Shown: piece by piece, positions 30,910 through 39,679 of the stretch | Layout of the letters: each line of letters starts with the position of its first letter | How positions within the stretch are numbered: position 1 is the first letter of the stretch | NCBI GenBank assembly: GCA_051382295.1 | Contig: JBBCAW010000031.1 | Coordinates: 1 to 64,000, forward strand | DNA length: 64,000 nt | Origin: Bdellovibrionota bacterium FG-1 | GTDB lineage: Bacteria > Bdellovibrionota > UBA1018 | Reading direction: 5' to 3' | Made by a program: the position numbers and the translations under genes | The notes under the pieces: generated by a model | What the model was told of the DNA's origin: nothing | Databases searched by the model: none | Seen by the model: the letters and a program-made list of their open reading frames with translations, nothing else

Positions 30910-32039
30910 CGATCCGCCTCCGCAACGCCAAGATCTAGGCTTGCCAGCAATACCGGCAGGTCTTCAATCCGAATCCCGGGCAACAAAGAAGGAACCATCA
31001 ACAAATGGGCCGAAGATGGCGTCCTAAACTGCACTCTCGCCGGTCGGGCACTACCATCGGAAACCACATGACAACCGAGCAGGCCTCGCGAACTCTCGAT
31101 TCGTGAGTAACCCTCACCTTCGGGCACGGCAAAGTCTCTATCGATCCTTCCGATAGCAAATTCGCCGGGCGGAATTTTTTCAGCCGCTTGCCGCAGAATC
31201 ACCACGCTCTGAGCGATTTCACGAAGATGAACCAAAAAGCGGGTGTGCGCCCCGCTGCCCGATGCTTGACTTTCGACCGGCACTTCAAAATCCCATTTTG
31301 AATATCCACTATAAGGATGCGCCCGGCGGATATCCATTCCCACGCCTGAGGCGCGTGCGCTAGGGCCGGTGACCCCCCACTTGGAAATTTGCTCGGGAGA
31401 CAAAACACCCACCTTCATCGTTCGCAACAAAAAGGCGTGATTATAAGTAAAAAGATCATTGTATTCTTTCAGGCGAACCTGGGCCAGATCACAAACCTCC
31501 AACACTCTCTCAATAAAACCTTCGGTCACATCCGCCCTCACGCCACCGAATCTCAAAAAATTCAGCGAAAACCGCGCGCCTGACAAAAGCTCAAACAAAT
31601 CCAATACCCGCTCACGATCCCGCAAAACATAATGAAGCATGGTCTCGGCACCTACAGCTCGAGCCATTTGAACCATAAAGCCCATATGTGAGGAAATTCG
31701 AGTAAGCTCGGACAAAATCACGCGAATCACTTGTGCTCGTTCAGGCACTTCGATTTCAGATATCTCTTCGACCGCCAGACAAAGCGCTAATTCACCAAAA
31801 GCCGCCCCTTCGGGATCCAAATGATCAGCATAGGGAATCGACGCCTGCCAACTATGGCGTTCAAAAGCTTTTTCGAGTCCGCGGTGCAAATACCCACAGC
31901 CCACCGTACCCGAAACGACAATCTCGCCATCAAGCTGAAGACTCAGCTTGATGGGTCCCGGCAGAGCACCGTGATAGGGCCCGATTTCCCAGAGCGTCAG
32001 GTCTGTAACAAGACATTCGGCTTCAGGGCTTTGATTCAT
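30906..32039 (-). CDS. nuoD: Divergent NuoD-like subunit (second operon)
   Basis: IGP.H, L.LDGE.V, GYLHRGLEK, PERA..IRVI..EL.RI.SH, G..GP.ARASG...DIR, ESSRG.LG, EADR. No NiFe CxxC motifs. Confidence 0.9.
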   Translation of the reverse strand: MNQSPEAECLVTDLTLWEIGPYHGALPGPIKLSLQLDGEIVVSGTVGCGYLHRGLEKAFERHSWQASIPYADHLDPEGAAFGELALCLAVEEISEIEVPERAQVIRVILSELTRISSHMGFMVQMARAVGAETMLHYVLRDRERVLDLFELLSGARFSLNFLRFGGVRADVTEGFIERVLEVCDLAQVRLKEYNDLFTYNHAFLLRTMKVGVLSPEQISKWGVTGPSARASGVGMDIRRAHPYSGYSKWDFEVPVESQASGSGAHTRFLVHLREIAQSVVILRQAAEKIPPGEFAIGRIDRDFAVPEGEGYSRIESSRGLLGCHVVSDGSARPARVQFRTPSSAHLLMVPSLLPGIRIEDLPVLLASLDLGVAEADR

Positions 32040-32532
32040 GAGAAATCCCTAAATATTCCGGTGGAAAAACATATTTTTTACGCAAAGGAAAACCCACCCA
32101 CCCCTGTGGAAGGCGCTGGCTTGGCAAATACACGGGCTGTCCGCTAGCGGACAAAAACCTAATCCCAAAAAGTTCGCCGGCCTCAACCTCAAAGGCGCCG
32201 GCCATCGCCCAGAGCTCGGCCACTGAAAAAAGTTCAGCCGGGACGGTCGGACCAGGCGGCACCGCTGAAACCCGCAAGGTCACAGTCAAGGCGCTGCTCG
32301 TTGAACGTAGAAAATAGGAGGCAACCAGTGTTTCTTCGACTTCGATCACGGAGAGATTTTCAAGCCAATCTAGAGCCACCCTGTTTTCATTTTTAAGAAA
32401 TGCTGCCACCGCCACCAGTAGGCGCCCCTCAATCCAAAAAGAGGGCGAAGTGGTGCGCCCGAAACACCCGTTTTCAAGCACGGCCCCAGGAACTGCTTGT
32501 TTAAGCTTTTTGAGAAGTTCGGTCGTGTCCAC
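32023..32532 (-). CDS. nuoC: Divergent NuoC-like subunit (second operon)
   Basis: SV..LW..A..FE.E..ELFGIRF, GW.GFPLRK.Y. GTG 32532 follows AGGA. Confidence 0.87.
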   Translation of the reverse strand: MDTTELLKKLKQAVPGAVLENGCFGRTTSPSFWIEGRLLVAVAAFLKNENRVALDWLENLSVIEVEETLVASYFLRSTSSALTVTLRVSAVPPGPTVPAELFSVAELWAMAGAFEVEAGELFGIRFLSASGQPVYLPSQRLPQGWVGFPLRKKYVFPPEYLGISHESKP

Positions 32533-32986
32533 GGATTTTTTCCTGTAAGGCGATAAGCCCATTCATGATGGCTTCAGGCCGCGGGGGACACCCTGGCACA
32601 TAGACATCCACTGGTAAAAGACGATCGACCCCGGGCATGACAGAATAACTGAACTCCGGTGCGAAAGGACCGCCACAGTTCGCGCACGAACCGATCGCAA
32701 GAACATATTTCGGTGCAAGCATCGAATCATAGACCGCGCGCAACGGAATGGCGGCCTGATACGAAACCACTCCAGACACAATGAGTAAATCCGCTTGCCG
32801 GGGATCTGCCTGCGGAAGGCAGCCAAACCGCTCAAGATCGTAACGACAGCCCATCGTATTTAAAACCTCGTCTGCACAACACCCAGAGCCCGTGGAAATG
32901 TACCAAAGCGAGTTGGCGCGAGCCCATTGAAGAACTTTTCCAATCGTCGAAACATAAAATGAGGGTTTTTCCGTCGCTGGGCTCAC
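32501..32986 (-). CDS. nuoB: NuoB-like [4Fe-4S] subunit (second operon)
   Basis: WAR.NSLW...[50 protein letters not shown]. Confidence 0.93.
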   Translation of the reverse strand: MSPATEKPSFYVSTIGKVLQWARANSLWYISTGSGCCADEVLNTMGCRYDLERFGCLPQADPRQADLLIVSGVVSYQAAIPLRAVYDSMLAPKYVLAIGSCANCGGPFAPEFSYSVMPGVDRLLPVDVYVPGCPPRPEAIMNGLIALQEKIRGHDRTSQKA

Positions 32987-33387
32987 GTTTTTTTATTTTC
33001 TCCTTTTTCCTCACGAAAACTCGTCAGCCAACTCAGATCCCCTTTGCGAACCGAGTAAAGAAGACCCAGGGCTGCAAAACCCGCGATTGACACGATCGCG
33101 ACCAAGCCGCGCAATAGCCCTTCGTGATCCGTTCCGGGCTGCAATATCCCCACACAGGGAACCAAAGCCAACATGAGTGCGATCAAAACCAGTGCTGCAT
33201 TTGCGGCGAGAAAAAATCGGGCATTTATTTTCTGACCCAAGACCGTTCGATTCGCTTCTACGGCTTCAGTCTTCGCACCGTTTTTGGGCGAAACCAAATA
33301 GGAAACCAAAGCTAAAGCGGCAGGAATGCCGAGAGCTAGGAATGCAGACAAAAAAACGATGTAGTAGACATCCCAGCCGCTGGGCAT
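32983..33387 (-). CDS. nuoA: Divergent NuoA-like subunit (second operon)
   Basis: Three TM helices; VSYLVSPK, RFFLAA, Y..RKGDLSW align with NuoA VSYLIGPK, RFYLVA, RKGALEW. First gene of the operon. Confidence 0.82.
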   Translation of the reverse strand: MPSGWDVYYIVFLSAFLALGIPAALALVSYLVSPKNGAKTEAVEANRTVLGQKINARFFLAANAALVLIALMLALVPCVGILQPGTDHEGLLRGLVAIVSIAGFAALGLLYSVRKGDLSWLTSFREEKGENKKT

Positions 33388-33406
33388 TGCGCCTTACCTC
33401 GCGAAA

Positions 33407-33435
33407 AGACTACGCAAGTCGAAATGGAGTGTCAA
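33407..33435 (-). promoter_or_regulatory. Sigma70-type promoter of the second (divergent) nuo operon
   Basis: Minus strand TTGACA (33435-33430), 17 nt spacer, TAGTCT (33412-33407), then GAGG/AAGG before ATG 33387. Confidence 0.75.
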
Positions 33436-33467
33436 GGTCGGTGATTCGATTTATGCTGAACACAACC

Positions 33468-34190
33468 ATGCTTTTTAATCCGACTGGCGGCTTGATCTAC
33501 CATTTGCGTGCGCTCCGATACCGCAACGCCCTTTGGCATGAGTTTCGGAACGCCCTCCACCCCTGGCTCGCTCAATGGGCACCTTCTGAGCGCGCTCTTC
33601 TGTTGATAGGCCCGAGTGGTGGTTATTGCTTACCCCCCTCTTTTTTGGCCCGCTTTAAGCAAATCAGCGCCGTAGATCCTGACCCCTGGGCCCCTATCAT
33701 CTTTCATCGACGCTTTAGACGCAACGCACAGTGGATTCGCCAAGATTATTTTTCACCCGTCCGGGGGGTTTTTGATCCTTCCCGCTTTGAGATATTAATG
33801 TCCAAACATCCTCACCATGCGGTTTTGTTTTGTAATTTTCTCGGGCAACTCCCGTTGTTAAACACCGCTGCGGCTACCCAACCTTCTTTTTCAAAATGGA
33901 AAGCGGCCCTTCCATCGCTTTTGGAGGGCCGCTCGTGGGCAACCTTTCATGACCGTTTGTCCGGGGAGCTTCGACCAACGCTTGCGACGAATTCCCCGCT
34001 CTGTCGCTATGAAGACTGCGTCGCGGATTCACGCCTTCTTGCGGATTTTTACAAGGCCCCCGCCGAAGATCGGCAAATTGAGCTTTCCGATCACTTGACC
34101 GGAGACCTTTTCCCCGGGCACCCTCGTCATTTTTTTCGCTGGCAACTGACCCCTGGAAACTGGCATTTAATCGAAGGAATTCAAAAATGA
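33468..34190 (+). CDS. Hypothetical protein, possibly class I SAM-methyltransferase-like fold
   Basis: LLLIGPSGGY followed by acidic VDPDP resembles motifs I/II. Start moved to ATG 33468 because the longer ORF overlaps nuoA2. ATGA-coupled to mfd. Confidence 0.55.
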   Translation: MLFNPTGGLIYHLRALRYRNALWHEFRNALHPWLAQWAPSERALLLIGPSGGYCLPPSFLARFKQISAVDPDPWAPIIFHRRFRRNAQWIRQDYFSPVRGVFDPSRFEILMSKHPHHAVLFCNFLGQLPLLNTAAATQPSFSKWKAALPSLLEGRSWATFHDRLSGELRPTLATNSPLCRYEDCVADSRLLADFYKAPAEDRQIELSDHLTGDLFPGHPRHFFRWQLTPGNWHLIEGIQK

Positions 34191-37100
34191 CCCCCCCGAG
34201 CCGGATCGAAAACATGATCCGTTCTCTCATTCAACTCGACGCACCGATCCACGTTACCGGATCTATCGGCCCCTCTCACGCTTGGCTAGTGGCACGATAC
34301 GCCCGCGAAATCCCTCATCCCCTAGTCGTTATTTGCCCCAATGATGATTTAGCGGCCGAGTTCGCTGCCGACATTGAATCACTCTCGGCTCTCGTTGAAC
34401 GGGCACCTCTTTTAGTCTGCCATTTTCCGACGTGGGAGCAATCGCCCTATAGCCCTATTGCCCCATCGCTTCGAACCCGACTTGCTCGGATCGCCGTTCT
34501 TCAGTCTCTTCGTTCTGAGGACCCCGCCGAGCGACCTCGGGTGGTAGTGACCACCATCGCTGCGCTCGGTCAAGCATCACTCTCGCCTGAGTTTTTTGCT
34601 CGATATTGCATCACCCTCCAGAAAGACCAAAGTATTGAGAGCCGCGAAGCCGTGATTTCACGCCTCATCGAAGCCGGATATCTGCGTGTCGACACGGTGG
34701 AAGACCCGGGCACTTTTGCCGTGCGTGGCGATATCGTAGATGTTTTTCCAGCTCATCATGAGCACCCGGTCCGAATCGAATTGTTTGGGGATTTCATCGA
34801 AAAGATTCGAAAATTCGACCCAGCCAGCCAACGTGCGAAAACAGGGGAGATTTCATCTCTTTCCTTTTCTCCCGCGCGCGAAATATTGATCAACCACGAG
34901 ACGACCCCGCTCATTCGTGAACAAGTCAAGGTCCGCGCCGATGATATGGGCATGCCTCGCGCCTCGCGTGACCCCATTTTGGCAGGAGTGCAACCCGGTC
35001 ACTACCCCGATCATTGTGACGCCTGGGCTCCTTTTGCTTATCCCCGTCCAGCCTGCCTGTGGGACCACCTTTCTCCTGACACTCAGGTCATTTGGAATGA
35101 CGAACTGACCTGTCAGCAATATTGGGATGAATTTTTTAAAGAACAAATACGCCTGTCTGCGGCCTCACCCCAAAGCCGCGTCGTCGCGCCCGCGGCCGAA
35201 CAGCTTTTTACCTGGTCACACGGATTGGATGAACGCGTTCACAAGAGTTCTCGCCTTTTTTTGGACCGTCTTGAAATGGCCGACCTTCCAACTATCGGAG
35301 AACTTGACGAGCTCGCCATCACTTCCGAGCCAAAACAAAGCCCGGTTTCGCCACGTCATCGCGTCGCGGTTCGAAACAACAGCGATCTTTCTTCAAAGGG
35401 TAAAAACGCCCTTGGGGCGCTCGATCCCAGCCTGAAGCTTTGGCAAAAACAGGGGTTCAAAACGCTCATTCTTGCCTCGACTCAAAGCCAGTTAGAACGG
35501 ATCCGCTTTTTATTAGAAGAACGCCATTTTGTTTGTCGACTAGAGCCCGAACTCCAGCCGTCCGCCATTCACCTGGCCATTGGCTCTCTCTCGCAAGGCT
35601 TTCGTTGGCCCGCCGAAGGACTAGTGGTCCTGACCGAGAGCGAAATTTTAGGAACCCGCTCGACGAAAAAACGACGCCAGCAGTCGACCACCGAAAGCGG
35701 CTCTGCCGCCAAAAATTGGTCGGGCCTGCAAGCTCTTTCGGACCTCGCGGTAGGTGATGCTATCGTACACGTCGACCACGGAATCGGTCGTTACCTGGGT
35801 TTGGTTCGCCTCGATCTGAGCGGAGCTCCTAGCGATTTTTTACTCTTAGAGTACGCCAGTAAGGACAAGCTCTACCTTCCTATCTACCGCCTCAACGTCA
35901 TCCAAAAATATGTCGGCGCCGGAGAAAGCGTGGCTTTAGATCGACTGGGTACCCAACAATTTACCAAAGCCAAAGAAAAAGTCCGCGAGGCGGTCAAACG
36001 TTTGGCGGTTGACCTCATTAAACTGTACGCCGAGCGCAAGGTCAGGCCTGGCCTACGTTTTTCGCCCCGAGATTCCTTATTTCGCGAGTTTGAAGCCTCT
36101 TTTCCTTTTGACGAGACTCCCGATCAACTCAAAGCAATTGATGACGTCATGGCCGATTTAGAGGCCGGAAAGGTTTCAGACCGTTTGGTTTGTGGTGATG
36201 TGGGCTATGGTAAAACCGAAGTGGCCATTCGGGCGGCCTTTAAGGCGGTCAGCGATGGGAAACAGGTTGCCGTTCTCGTGCCCACCACGGTTCTGGCCTT
36301 TCAACATGAGCAGTCTTTCAAGTCTCGCCTTAAAGATTATCCCATCCTCGTCGAATCCATTTCGCGCTTTAAGACGGCAAAAGAACAGAAGACCCTTTTG
36401 ACGGCTCTGGCGGAAGGAAAAATCGACATTATCATTGGTACCCATCGCCTCCTTTCAAAAGACGTCCGCTTCAAAGATCTCGGCTTGATTATCGTGGACG
36501 AAGAACACCGTTTTGGCGTCGAACATAAGGAAAAACTCAAATCCCTCAAAATCGACACGCACGTTCTCACGCTAACGGCCACGCCCATTCCCAGGACTCT
36601 CCATATGGCGCTATCTGGGTTACGCGACATCAGCCTCATCAACACCCCTCCGGTCGACCGCCTCCCCATTCGAACCTATGTCTCGAAGTTTGATGAGGAC
36701 CTGATCACCCGCGCGATTCACTTTGAATTGAGCCGCGGCGGACAGGTTTTCTTTTTGCACAATCGGGTGGATTCGATCTACCCTATGGCCAGCCGAATCC
36801 GCGAGCTCGTACCCACGGCACGCGTAGGCGTCGGCCACGGCCAGATGGCAGAAGGCGAACTGGAAGACACCATGGTCGCTTTTTACGAAAAGCGGACCAA
36901 CGTCCTCGTTTGTACCACCATCATTGAATCCGGCATTGACCTGCCAGACGCCAACACGATGATCATTAATCGTGCCGACACCTTGGGTCTAGCCCAGCTT
37001 TATCAGATCCGTGGCCGCGTGGGCCGCAGCCAGCAAAGAGCCTACGCTTATTTGCTCATCCCCGCCGAAAACGCCGTCACCGAGGACGCAAAAAAACGAC

Positions 37101-37738
37101 TTGAGGTGATCCAGCGCTTCGTGGAACTCGGAAGTGGTTTTTCAATTGCCTCCCATGATCTCGAGCTCCGGGGCGGCGGCGATCTTCTAGGTCCCCAACA
37201 ATCGGGCCATATTGCAACGGTGGGATTTGATTTATATACCGAGCTGCTCGAGGAGGCAATTCGGGAACTGGAGGGCCAGCCTTCCCACACGCCGGACCAG
37301 AGACGTGAGCCCGAAATCAAAGCGCCCTTTCCGGCCTACCTTTCAGACAGCTACGTTCCCGATGTCCATCAACGTCTTTCGCTCTACCGGCGATTTTCGA
37401 CGGCCGAAAACGAGGACCAGCTCAACGGGCTAGAAGAAGAGCTCCGGGACCGTTTTGGCGCTCTTCCCCCTGAGGCTCAGAACCTCATGTGGTTAATCCG
37501 GATAAAAATCCTTCTCAAACAAAATGGCATCGACACCTTAACCGTAGGCCCAGAGCGCGTATCGCTCGTTTCTGGTCCCCATAGCCGCCTCGATCCCGTT
37601 CGAGCAATCGCGTTGATTTCGGCCCATCGTGATCAATATCAGCTCACTCCTGACTCCAAATTTGTCGCCAAAGTTCCGACGGCCTCACTTCGAGATCTCT
37701 TTTTCGCCCTCGAACGTTTGTTTCGGGAACTTTCCTGA
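34187..37738 (+). CDS. mfd: Transcription-repair coupling factor
   Basis: UvrB-like N-terminus, RID (VHVDHGIGRY), ETPDQ, CGDVGYGKTEV, DEEHRFGV, TATPIPRT, QIRGRVGR, TRG motif, TRCF C-terminus. Confidence 0.98.
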   Translation: MTPPSRIENMIRSLIQLDAPIHVTGSIGPSHAWLVARYAREIPHPLVVICPNDDLAAEFAADIESLSALVERAPLLVCHFPTWEQSPYSPIAPSLRTRLARIAVLQSLRSEDPAERPRVVVTTIAALGQASLSPEFFARYCITLQKDQSIESREAVISRLIEAGYLRVDTVEDPGTFAVRGDIVDVFPAHHEHPVRIELFGDFIEKIRKFDPASQRAKTGEISSLSFSPAREILINHETTPLIREQVKVRADDMGMPRASRDPILAGVQPGHYPDHCDAWAPFAYPRPACLWDHLSPDTQVIWNDELTCQQYWDEFFKEQIRLSAASPQSRVVAPAAEQLFTWSHGLDERVHKSSRLFLDRLEMADLPTIGELDELAITSEPKQSPVSPRHRVAVRNNSDLSSKGKNALGALDPSLKLWQKQGFKTLILASTQSQLERIRFLLEERHFVCRLEPELQPSAIHLAIGSLSQGFRWPAEGLVVLTESEILGTRSTKKRRQQSTTESGSAAKNWSGLQALSDLAVGDAIVHVDHGIGRYLGLVRLDLSGAPSDFLLLEYASKDKLYLPIYRLNVIQKYVGAGESVALDRLGTQQFTKAKEKVREAVKRLAVDLIKLYAERKVRPGLRFSPRDSLFREFEASFPFDETPDQLKAIDDVMADLEAGKVSDRLVCGDVGYGKTEVAIRAAFKAVSDGKQVAVLVPTTVLAFQHEQSFKSRLKDYPILVESISRFKTAKEQKTLLTALAEGKIDIIIGTHRLLSKDVRFKDLGLIIVDEEHRFGVEHKEKLKSLKIDTHVLTLTATPIPRTLHMALSGLRDISLINTPPVDRLPIRTYVSKFDEDLITRAIHFELSRGGQVFFLHNRVDSIYPMASRIRELVPTARVGVGHGQMAEGELEDTMVAFYEKRTNVLVCTTIIESGIDLPDANTMIINRADTLGLAQLYQIRGRVGRSQQRAYAYLLIPAENAVTEDAKKRLEVIQRFVELGSGFSIASHDLELRGGGDLLGPQQSGHIATVGFDLYTELLEEAIRELEGQPSHTPDQRREPEIKAPFPAYLSDSYVPDVHQRLSLYRRFSTAENEDQLNGLEEELRDRFGALPPEAQNLMWLIRIKILLKQNGIDTLTVGPERVSLVSGPHSRLDPVRAIALISAHRDQYQLTPDSKFVAKVPTASLRDLFFALERLFRELS

Positions 37739-37750
37739 GCAAGATCCCCA

Positions 37751-37778
37751 TTGCCAGAAAAAATAGGCATGCTAACCT
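37751..37778 (+). promoter_or_regulatory. Putative sigma70 promoter for the PPIase-surA-pdxA genes
   Basis: TTGCCA, 16 nt spacer, TGnTAACCT (extended -10), then GAGG before ATG 37790. Confidence 0.5.
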
Positions 37779-37789
37779 AGAGGGTATCT

Positions 37790-38626
37790 ATGACGAAAAA
37801 AGTGACCTTACTCTTCGTATTTTCTCTGATTCCTCTGTGTTCTTTTGGACTGCCTCGAGCCGTCCAAGCAAACGAACTTGCGCGGGTGAATAACACCGTT
37901 ATTTCGTTGGAAGACTTCAACAAGAAATACAAAGAAAATTTAAAATTTTTCCAATTCCGCGCACCGACAAAAAAGGGCGTTTTGGACGATCTCGTCAAAA
38001 GGGAGCTTGGAATTCAAGAGGCGAAACGGCTCGGCTTAGATAAAGACCCCGAGGTGATCGACCGGATGAATACGGTCCTCTATCATGCCTTATTGGACAA
38101 AAAGCTCAGCAAGGAATTCGAGGGAATCCACATCACCGACGACGAGGCGAAAAACTTCTATGTTAAAAACCCAGAAATTCGCACCAGTCACATTTTTGTC
38201 GCGGTCAAACCCGATGCCAAGGCAGAGGAAGTCGCCCAAGCCAAAAGCCGGATCGAAAAGATTTTATCGGAGCACCTGATCAAAGAAAAAATGGGCTTTG
38301 CCGAAGCGGCCCAGCGTTTTTCTGAAGGTGTCGCGGCGCCCATGGGTGGTGACATCGACTTTCAGACCAAAGATAAGCTCGATCCAGATTACTATCGGGC
38401 CGCTTTAGCCCTCAAAGTAGGGGACTTTACCCAACAACCCATCCGCTCGCAATTTGGCTGGCACATTGTCCGTTTGACGGCCAAAAAATCCTGGGAAGAT
38501 GCTGACAAGGCACAGGTCAAACGTCTCGTGTTTGACGAGCAACGGGCCCAGATTTTCGAAAAATACATGACCGACCTCAAAAAACACGGAAAAGTCGCCG
38601 TTAATGAAGCGCTTTTAAAGAATTAG
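37790..38626 (+). CDS. Periplasmic parvulin-type peptidyl-prolyl isomerase (PpiC/PrsA-like)
   Basis: Signal peptide; IRTSHIFV, F.E.A..FSE.....GGD, IRSQFGWHIVRL. Confidence 0.9.
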   Translation: MTKKVTLLFVFSLIPLCSFGLPRAVQANELARVNNTVISLEDFNKKYKENLKFFQFRAPTKKGVLDDLVKRELGIQEAKRLGLDKDPEVIDRMNTVLYHALLDKKLSKEFEGIHITDDEAKNFYVKNPEIRTSHIFVAVKPDAKAEEVAQAKSRIEKILSEHLIKEKMGFAEAAQRFSEGVAAPMGGDIDFQTKDKLDPDYYRAALALKVGDFTQQPIRSQFGWHIVRLTAKKSWEDADKAQVKRLVFDEQRAQIFEKYMTDLKKHGKVAVNEALLKN

Positions 38627-38689
38627 AAAAAAAAGCCCCCCTGGAATTCCCGGATAGATTAAACTCAAGAACTATGGGAAAAACCTCCC

Positions 38690-39679
38690 ATGTTGCTCTT
38701 GATGGCCCTGTTCTTTTCCTGCGCGTCATTCGCTCAAAACACCCCAACAGGGGGACCCGTAATCGACCGGCTTGAAGCCTCTGTTAATGCGTCGCTGATC
38801 TTGCTTTCAGATTTGCGACATTTTCGTATTACCCAAAAGCTTCGCCAACAACTGGATCCTCTTTTTGCTGAAACCACTGTTGCCACCAAGGGTGCAAAAG
38901 CCTCTTCGGCTGAAATCGTCGACTTTCTCATCGACGAGCGCCTGATTACCCAAAATTTTCCCATTACAGATGTCGAGGTTGAAGCTCAGATTAATCAGAT
39001 TCAAGCGAACAACCATATTGAGCGGACCCAACTGAAAACGGCCCTCGGTGACCAAGGTTTTTCTTTTGATGATTATTTTGAACTCATTCGATCCAGCACC
39101 AGTAAACGCAACTTAATTGATCGAGATATTCGCACCAAAGTAACCATTTCGGACGACGACACTAAAAATTATTTTTACAATCATTACGCCAAGAGTGCGG
39201 CAACGCCCGCAGCTTATCATCTCCAAATCATCACCGTATCGCCAAAAAATTTCAAGAATGCCGCCGCTGCGAAGGAAGTCGCGATCAGGGCGATGAACGA
39301 CATCAAAGTTGGCGAGGCCTTCGAAGAAGTCGCAAAGCGTTCTAGCGATGGCCCAACCGCCCCCTCGGGGGGTGACCTGGGTATTGTTTCTGATGACCAA
39401 ATGTCGGGCATGGTTCGAGAGCAAGTTCGCAAGCTCAAGATAGGGCAGGTGAGTGATGTTTTTGGCACGCCGCAAGCCGGGTACACTATCGTCAAATTGA
39501 TTGATATCCAAACGGCCGATCGTGATCGTTACGAGAAAATGAAGGACGAAATTCGCAATCAACTCACCGCATCAGAATACCAGCATCAGGTCGGGCTTTG
39601 GCTCGAGCGGCAACGTCAGAGCGCGTTTATTCACCGTTTTGGAGAGGCCTCTATTGCCGGACTTCCCAGCGCGCCCTAA
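38690..39679 (+). CDS. surA: SurA-like chaperone/PPIase
   Basis: Signal peptide; SurA-N-like IDR..A.VN...I..SD, one parvulin domain (FEEVAKR.SD..TA.SGGDLG); upstream of pdxA. Confidence 0.75.
   Translation: MLLLMALFFSCASFAQNTPTGGPVIDRLEASVNASLILLSDLRHFRITQKLRQQLDPLFAETTVATKGAKASSAEIVDFLIDERLITQNFPITDVEVEAQINQIQANNHIERTQLKTALGDQGFSFDDYFELIRSSTSKRNLIDRDIRTKVTISDDDTKNYFYNHYAKSAATPAAYHLQIITVSPKNFKNAAAAKEVAIRAMNDIKVGEAFEEVAKRSSDGPTAPSGGDLGIVSDDQMSGMVREQVRKLKIGQVSDVFGTPQAGYTIVKLIDIQTADRDRYEKMKDEIRNQLTASEYQHQVGLWLERQRQSAFIHRFGEASIAGLPSAP

Noticed and set aside
23498..33387. Second nuo-like operon as a group 4 [NiFe]-hydrogenase, Mbx or Mrp antiporter
   Set aside because: The large subunit has no CxxC NiFe motifs and ends in the NuoD-type E.DR. 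Gene order is exactly nuoABCDHIJKLMN, with no MrpE/F/G-like genes.
23498..33387. Second nuo-like operon as decaying pseudogenes
   Set aside because: All 11 frames are intact and near full length despite deep divergence from the paralogs. Start/stop overlaps, the promoter and all Fe-S cysteines are retained. Not formally excluded without dN/dS.
33177..33467. N-terminal 97 aa of the 337-aa ORF
   Set aside because: It overlaps nuoA2 and its promoter on the opposite strand. The plausible start is ATG 33468.
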